Positions 57,980-64,000 of a DNA stretch of 64,000 nt are shown here, piece by piece. This stretch comes from a virus. The DNA lies in IMG/VR virus record IMGVR_UViG_3300014835_000073; one strand, written 5' to 3'. The notes below the pieces were generated by a model. That model saw only the letters and a program-made list of their open reading frames with translations. It searched no databases and was not told where the DNA came from. Every line of letters begins with the position of its first letter. The stretch's first letter is position 1. Position numbers and translations under genes: made by a program.

Positions 57980-58474
57980 ATGTTTTTAACAAACAAAGAA
58001 TCGTTCAATCAACCTGGAACCTTTACCGTTATTAATGGATATGCTGACGGTAGTAAAACTGATATGCTATTTGAAATCGCAACTGATGGAATTGCCGAGC
58101 ATAAAAATATTGTCTTTATCACGTTAGAGCATGATGAAGCATATGTGATTCAGTGCATGAGTGATTTAGGTATCTCTAATACGGCTAGTAAAAAATTTCT
58201 TAATATAAAATGCCTACCAAACAAATCAACTGTCGGAGATATAGTGCAGTACGTAGGTGTTGTTGAATCAAAAAACAATACTATTGTGGACGTTATCTTA
58301 GTTGATGGGTTAGATTTACTGACCTATCGAATGGGATTGGTGTACATTCCAGTGCATATACGGTCAACTCCAAACACAGAATTACAAAAATATGTGAAAT
58401 TGGGTAATTATATATGCGTTGGAACATCGCAGTGTACTAGCGGTGATACAGAATCAGTTATGACATATAACTAG
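57980..58474 (+). CDS. truncated, P-loop-degenerate DnaB-like paralog
   Basis: VFITLE and VDVILVDGLDLL align to the adjacent helicase; Walker A reads GYADGSKT. Confidence 0.6.
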   Translation: MFLTNKESFNQPGTFTVINGYADGSKTDMLFEIATDGIAEHKNIVFITLEHDEAYVIQCMSDLGISNTASKKFLNIKCLPNKSTVGDIVQYVGVVESKNNTIVDVILVDGLDLLTYRMGLVYIPVHIRSTPNTELQKYVKLGNYICVGTSQCTSGDTESVMTYN

Positions 58475-58489
58475 TAACTTAATTTTTAT

Positions 58490-58519
58490 ATATGTAACAA
58501 CGTGTTAGTTGTTACATAT
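58490..58519. terminator. stem-loop
   Basis: 12-bp stem ATATGTAACAAC/GTTGTTACATAT. Confidence 0.5.
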
Positions 58520-58539
58520 TAGCATTGTCATGAGGGAAC

Positions 58540-59943
58540 ATGAAACAAAATATTGAATATGGATATGATATACAGCACTTGTATATGGAAATGATGCTAG
58601 CCGATGTTACTACTTTTGTAAGATGCCAAACTATATTCGACCATACATTGTTTGACAGAAAATTGCAAATTGCGGCTGAATTTTTAACGGTATATGTAGA
58701 ACAATATAGCGTATTACCAACCTATGAAATAATTAACGCAGCAACACATTCTAATTTTAAGCAACCAAAGGATTTGCAAGATGCCAACTTTGATTGGTTG
58801 ATGAATGAATTTGAAACATTTATACGGCATAAAGGCTTAGAACGTGCAATTCTGGAATCTGCCGATATGTTGGAAAAAGGTGAATATGGCTCAGTTGAGG
58901 AAAAGATAAAATTAGCAGTTCAAGTTGGATTGCAGAAAGATATGGGAACAGATTACTTTCTATCACCGCGTGAACGGTTATTGAAAATTAAAGATAAAAA
59001 TGGACAAGTATCAACTGGTTGGAAAGGTTTAGATGACAAACTATTTGGCGGCATGAATCGCGGTGAATTGAATATATTCTGCGGTGGTAGTGGTTCTGGT
59101 AAAAGTTTAGTAATGGCAAATTTAGGAGTTAATTGGGCACTTGCCGGATTAAATGTTATGTATCTAACCCTTGAATTATCCGAAGAATTGGTATCAATGC
59201 GTATCGATTCAATGATGACAGGTATATCTACCAGAGATGTATTTAAACAAATCGATGATGTAGAACTGCAGGTTAAAATGATTGGAAAAAAATCTGGTCA
59301 ATTACAAGTTAAATATATGCCAAGCGGTAAAACTACTAATGATATTAGATCTTATTTGAAAGAATATGAAACTAAAATGGGTAGAAAAGTAGATGTATTG
59401 CTAGTTGATTACCTTGATTTATTAATGCCAAATGGAAAAAAGATTAGCGCAGAAAATCTGTATGTTAAGGACAAATACGTATCAGAAGAACTTAGAAATT
59501 TAGCAATGGAAAAAAAATGTGTCTTCGTAACCGCTGCGCAATTAAATCGTGGGAGCGTTGATGAGGTTGAATTTGATCACAGTCATATATCGGGTGGGAT
59601 ATCTAAGATACAAACTGCTGATAATGTCTTTGGTATTTTTACTAGTAGGGCTATGCGCGAACGTGGAAAATATCAATTGCAACTTATGAAAACACGTTCA
59701 AGTTCAGGCGTTGGTATGAAAATAGACTTAGATTTTAATATTGATAGTTTACGTATTACCGATTTGGATGAAGACTCCAGTTATGATAGCTCAACTACGC
59801 AATCAACCGGGGCATCATTACTCGATAGTATTAAACAACGTAGTACAGTGGGCGAATCACATCAAGAACCAGTTGCAAAAATACGGGCAGATGTAAATAG
59901 TTCACAATTACGATCATTGCTTAATAATCTACCTGCACATTAA
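58540..59943 (+). CDS. gp41: replicative DNA helicase (gp41/DnaB-like)
   Basis: GGSGSGKS, LTLELSE, VDYLDL, TAAQLNR, K.R motifs. Confidence 0.92.
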   Translation: MKQNIEYGYDIQHLYMEMMLADVTTFVRCQTIFDHTLFDRKLQIAAEFLTVYVEQYSVLPTYEIINAATHSNFKQPKDLQDANFDWLMNEFETFIRHKGLERAILESADMLEKGEYGSVEEKIKLAVQVGLQKDMGTDYFLSPRERLLKIKDKNGQVSTGWKGLDDKLFGGMNRGELNIFCGGSGSGKSLVMANLGVNWALAGLNVMYLTLELSEELVSMRIDSMMTGISTRDVFKQIDDVELQVKMIGKKSGQLQVKYMPSGKTTNDIRSYLKEYETKMGRKVDVLLVDYLDLLMPNGKKISAENLYVKDKYVSEELRNLAMEKKCVFVTAAQLNRGSVDEVEFDHSHISGGISKIQTADNVFGIFTSRAMRERGKYQLQLMKTRSSSGVGMKIDLDFNIDSLRITDLDEDSSYDSSTTQSTGASLLDSIKQRSTVGESHQEPVAKIRADVNSSQLRSLLNNLPAH

Positions 59944-60053
59944 TTAAAACTGGTATAATTCTTTAATTTTTTTGGTAAAGTAGTTATTCCTAGGGGGTCG
60001 CATAATTAGTTACTGCTAAATACTGGAAATATTATGAATATGGAAATTACTAC

Positions 60054-61085
60054 ATGAAAATACATGAATTATTATACGAATCATTAGCTGCTACGGTAGA
60101 TACCAAGGTAGATAGCGTACCCGAATTGGGTAAATCTCGGCAAGGGATGCATTATAAAGATGTGACGGTTAGGGTGCCAGAATTAACCGCAGCGGCAAAA
60201 AAAGTAGAAGCTGGCGAAATGGATTGGGAAGAATATCAAGCACTGGTTAATAAACACAAACGGGTAGATCCATATACCTCCGTGCCAAAGCCAGCATCAA
60301 CTGCTGCTATGAAACGTGGCTTGGCAGCTAACAAAGTTGGCAAACTTAATACGCCCCTTGAAGATGGTGTATTCGCCCAATTACGCTTAGATATACCAGC
60401 GTATAAAGATAAAGGAGTGTGGATTCCAACTGTTCATGATGCCAGTGGCACATCAGTGAGACATGGCAGTACTTCGATAATCAATGATGTGACTATTAGA
60501 TTACCACAAAAAGGAGCACTGGGAATCGCTACTGGTAAAACTTCTAAGGTACCAATTGCCACACTTAAAGGCACTTGGGAAAATGCTACACCGAAAGAAG
60601 CATATCGATTAGCCAACGCAGCAATGCATGATCCTGCATGGGTACAAATTGGCATGGACCCAGAACGTCATGCATATTTTTATGATAGAGCCACTCAAGA
60701 ACCAGTAATCGGTGGAGACCGGGTTATTCAGGTTGCTGGCTTAGTTATGCTTAAGAATCCAACATATGGAAAAAAATCAGATTTTATATATGAGGCAGGG
60801 ATGACTGAATTATTTAAAGATTTAGATGAAGAAATCTTTAATGAATTAACATTTCATGGCCGTCAATGTACTAAGGATTGTTCCGGTCATACTGCTGGTT
60901 ATCAATATCAAAAGAAATTTAAAAAAAATCCACCTAGTCATTCACCACATAGCCCAAGTTTTAATGGTGGTGTCGCAGTTGCAGTCAATCATGATGAAAA
61001 AGGTATTAATACTATCAGTACCGGTGTTAGAGGTGATAAAGGTAAATTTGTAAAATATACCGGTTCCCAAAGATTTCCAAAATAA
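60054..61085 (+). CDS. hypothetical multi-domain protein
   Basis: MKIHELLYES N-terminus; C-terminal CTKDCSGH…SPSF module; CTAAATA upstream. Confidence 0.65.
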   Translation: MKIHELLYESLAATVDTKVDSVPELGKSRQGMHYKDVTVRVPELTAAAKKVEAGEMDWEEYQALVNKHKRVDPYTSVPKPASTAAMKRGLAANKVGKLNTPLEDGVFAQLRLDIPAYKDKGVWIPTVHDASGTSVRHGSTSIINDVTIRLPQKGALGIATGKTSKVPIATLKGTWENATPKEAYRLANAAMHDPAWVQIGMDPERHAYFYDRATQEPVIGGDRVIQVAGLVMLKNPTYGKKSDFIYEAGMTELFKDLDEEIFNELTFHGRQCTKDCSGHTAGYQYQKKFKKNPPSHSPHSPSFNGGVAVAVNHDEKGINTISTGVRGDKGKFVKYTGSQRFPK

Positions 61086-61128
61086 TATATTAATTATTGC
61101 CGTGGTGATTCTTCCACGGCAACGCATC

Positions 61129-62049
61129 TTACCCTCGGGTTTGTTGTTCTTTTTCGTATTCGGATTTTTTAATAGCAGCCCATTTTTCTTTCATTGCTCG
61201 GTATATGTCAGTTGTCGAATTCCATGAATGCACTTTCATTGCTCGTATGATCTTTTCTACTTCAGGTCGATTGTGACTATCTGGTTTCCTCGCATTTGCC
61301 ATATCAGTACCAAGACCATAATCCTCCTGTTCGTTATATGACGGTGAATATGATATACTGCCAGCCATCTTATTTGCTTTGTCAGTAAGCTGATTACTGC
61401 TACTCTTTGTTATTAATTCCAGCCAATTTTTTAATGTATTATACTGACTTGGTTTGGTATGTCTTGGTATTTGTATGGGATCACGTAACATATGCGCTAA
61501 TTCTTTAACCGGCACTGCTTTGTTAGTACGTTGATGCAACCATGCCGCTGGATCATTGTATAGATATGTTGGTATACCTTTAACCTTGGCATCTAACATT
61601 AATTTCCTGGCATATTGCGCAGTGTACGCATATGCTCTAGCTTTGCTTGGATTTAAATATATATGAATGGCAGTGACTCCGTCAATTGGTATATTTGGTT
61701 CTTTGCTAAATATTCGATCTTCTGCCTCACTTGTCCTACCACCATACTGGTTATGTCGATCTCCCCAATAATCAACCGGTCCACCTTTGTATTTGGCATT
61801 ATACCAATTGCCATCCAATACAAATAATACCGCATCTGGACCAGGATCTTTGTGATAACCACCAACCTTTGACCTAGTCGTAGATAGGAAATATGGATAT
61901 CCCTTTGGCGCAAACTTTTCTTCTTGTTTGTTGCCAATACTGCTGCCCAGTTTGAATTCACCGGATGATACTATGGTAGCAGCTGGTCCTAATCTAGTGT
62001 AGTGATATACTTCACGACTTATACTTTCAAATAATTCTAATAATTTCAT
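61129..62049 (-). CDS. putative ADP-ribosyltransferase-fold protein
   Basis: VYHYT…FLSTTRS…E.EDR pattern; weak fold guess. Confidence 0.4.
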   Translation of the reverse strand: MKLLELFESISREVYHYTRLGPAATIVSSGEFKLGSSIGNKQEEKFAPKGYPYFLSTTRSKVGGYHKDPGPDAVLFVLDGNWYNAKYKGGPVDYWGDRHNQYGGRTSEAEDRIFSKEPNIPIDGVTAIHIYLNPSKARAYAYTAQYARKLMLDAKVKGIPTYLYNDPAAWLHQRTNKAVPVKELAHMLRDPIQIPRHTKPSQYNTLKNWLELITKSSSNQLTDKANKMAGSISYSPSYNEQEDYGLGTDMANARKPDSHNRPEVEKIIRAMKVHSWNSTTDIYRAMKEKWAAIKKSEYEKEQQTRG

Positions 62050-62058
62050 TTGTTACTC

Positions 62059-63357
62059 CTATGTATCATATCCACTGAATATCATACTAATTGGGTCAAT
62101 TATGACCAAGTGTCCATTTTGTCGCAGCATTATATTGTTAAAATGCATGTCAGGTAGAAAATTGGCGTTTTTAAATAATGGCTCTAGCAATCGCAATGCT
62201 TGTTTGAACCATTTATCTGGGCATGCATGTTGCATTAATGACCTGGTAGATTCATCGTTAAATGCGGTAACAAAAGCTTGTCCAATCGAAGGTTTACGAA
62301 AGCGACTTAACACCTCAGTAAGGCCCAGATCATCAAGTAATTTTTTAATTGCCGTTTCTCCTATAGCATTCAAATCATATAATTTTTCACTTACTATCAA
62401 TAATTGATACGGCTTGTCATCAATAGGTTCCATCACAAAGCTTGGTTGTTGCTCTAAATAATCCAGGTCATCATCTGTCAATGCCTTATTTTTGTAAGAC
62501 TTGTAATTGGTAATTTTTGGAAAGTATGGATTATCTTGATGATTTACACATACTCTAAGAAATTGGTAAGCTGGATCATTAGTACCTGTAACACCGGTCA
62601 TTTTGATAATTGTATTGGGTTTCTTGTTATGCGAAAATACAATAGCTTGTATGCCATTTGCCACATACGTGGCATGTTGGGCAAATTTTGGATTGATTGT
62701 TCCAGACACTTCCTTTTCAGAATGTGGTACGGCTAGTTTCATCTCAGTGACGCGCTTAGTGGCTAATTGGCGATCACTTACCACAAATACCCGCTTCTTT
62801 GACGAAGCATCAGTTGTCCATATCTTATACGCTTTGTTAAATTTTTCAATATCACCAACATCCGACAATTGCAATAATTCATTGGTGGTGAAATCAATAT
62901 AATATACATTAAAATTTTTGGCAAACGCATGATGAATTTGCTTAATCCAAAACTTCATACCCAAGTTAGTTTGTTCTTCATCACATACAACCGTGCTATA
63001 ATTATCAACTAAATCAAAAAAACCAATAGTGGGCAACTTATTCAAATAATTTTTATCAGACCATACCCAACGTTGAACTACATAATTTCCCAATACCGGA
63101 TTGGTATATTGGGAATATTCCATTCTGTAAATGATCCTTTTGTTTGTGTTATCTATCCCAATATATTCGGAATTACTATCATATAAAGTCACATTATCAC
63201 TAATTGGTCTCGAATCAAACTGTCGATCAAACTTAGTTTTTCGCAACAATGACTTGTATTGCTGTTCATTATCGTTAGGATCTGCTGTTGATGGTTCAAC
63301 TGGTTCGATGAGTTGAGACATCTCATATAAGCTCTTGGTGATTTCATTAATTTTCAT
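62059..63357 (-). CDS. multi-domain protein with C-terminal protein-kinase-like domain
   Basis: G…V…IIK, DMHFNNIM catalytic loop, VIIDP. Confidence 0.6.
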   Translation of the reverse strand: MKINEITKSLYEMSQLIEPVEPSTADPNDNEQQYKSLLRKTKFDRQFDSRPISDNVTLYDSNSEYIGIDNTNKRIIYRMEYSQYTNPVLGNYVVQRWVWSDKNYLNKLPTIGFFDLVDNYSTVVCDEEQTNLGMKFWIKQIHHAFAKNFNVYYIDFTTNELLQLSDVGDIEKFNKAYKIWTTDASSKKRVFVVSDRQLATKRVTEMKLAVPHSEKEVSGTINPKFAQHATYVANGIQAIVFSHNKKPNTIIKMTGVTGTNDPAYQFLRVCVNHQDNPYFPKITNYKSYKNKALTDDDLDYLEQQPSFVMEPIDDKPYQLLIVSEKLYDLNAIGETAIKKLLDDLGLTEVLSRFRKPSIGQAFVTAFNDESTRSLMQHACPDKWFKQALRLLEPLFKNANFLPDMHFNNIMLRQNGHLVIIDPISMIFSGYDT

Positions 63358-63998
63358 ATTCTGGTCTCTTTTGTTATATCAGGATCACTGCTGTATTGAC
63401 CGACATTACCAATCGCTGATTTAATTTGATTAGGTGAAAATACCCCAATGGTAGACTCGCCATCTTCAGTGAATGAAATAGAATCAAACTTAAATATTTG
63501 AAATAATTTCTTAATAACCTCACTGCCCTTAGTGCCAAAATACGAATCAGTGTTAAACCAAAATTGGTGCGCGGAATACTGCGGTCCTGAACCTTCTTCA
63601 CTAGCATAGTCCCGTAAGACATTAAGTAATTTTTTAACTAAATTAATATCATATGTAACACCATTGTCTGATGCTTGCGATGCCATTGCCATTACAAATG
63701 ACGCAATGGTATTTGCACCCTTACTCAAATAATCAGCATTAAACGGTCGTTCTGCTTTAATGTATGCCTTTGTTACATTACCACCTTGGCCAGCAGCATA
63801 ATCACGCATGTCAGCGTAATCACTCGCAAATTTTGGAGAATGAGAAAACCAATTTACAAAGCCGGTAAAGGTGTTAATGTCAGATGCAGAACCATGATAC
63901 ATTGGTGCGGGATTGCCCTCTTGGTCAATTGCTATACTATTACCAAACCATGCCTTTAACGCAGGTGGAATTTTTTTTTTGATCTTCGCGTAATCCAT
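63354..63998 (-). CDS. ART-PolyVal-like ADP-ribosyltransferase domain protein (may extend past the window)
   Basis: KAWFGNS…D.EG.P..MYHGS…WFS…ASDYA…V.KAYI…VFSPNQIKSA.GN.G. Confidence 0.65.
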   Translation of the reverse strand: MDYAKIKKKIPPALKAWFGNSIAIDQEGNPAPMYHGSASDINTFTGFVNWFSHSPKFASDYADMRDYAAGQGGNVTKAYIKAERPFNADYLSKGANTIASFVMAMASQASDNGVTYDINLVKKLLNVLRDYASEEGSGPQYSAHQFWFNTDSYFGTKGSEVIKKLFQIFKFDSISFTEDGESTIGVFSPNQIKSAIGNVGQYSSDPDITKETRI

Positions 63999-64000
63999 AA

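Overview
The window is an AT-rich segment of a large T4-like (myovirus, jumbo-type) bacteriophage genome read with the standard bacterial code. No cellular housekeeping genes, rRNA, tRNA or CRISPR array were seen. In order it contains: (1) tail/appendage genes (1-17963), including a 1602-aa carbohydrate-binding-repeat protein, a 2944-aa Thr-rich nested-repeat protein and three Gly/Cys-rich proteins with assembly chaperones; (2) a glycosyltransferase / carbamoyltransferase / 2OG-Fe(II) oxygenase cluster facing a HAD-like gene and a NUDIX gene; (3) neck, tail completion, dNMP kinase, sheath, tube and head-completion genes with two decayed homing endonucleases; (4) a terminase large subunit with one class-3 intein and one atypically split intein; (5) a 5 x 83-bp promoter array before the gp32-like SSB; (6) an accessory island with a C-type-lectin-fold gene bearing a DGR-like variable region, an orphan second VR and modular small genes; (7) UvsX, UvsY, UvsW, a miniature DnaE, primase and DnaB-like helicase; (8) putative ADP-ribosyltransferase- and kinase-like effector genes. 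The best leads are a conserved late-promoter-plus-hairpin leader shared by two unrelated homing endonucleases, the split TerL intein, the DGR-like VRs, the promoter array and the nested giant tail protein. All product calls come from motif recognition by eye; no database search was run.
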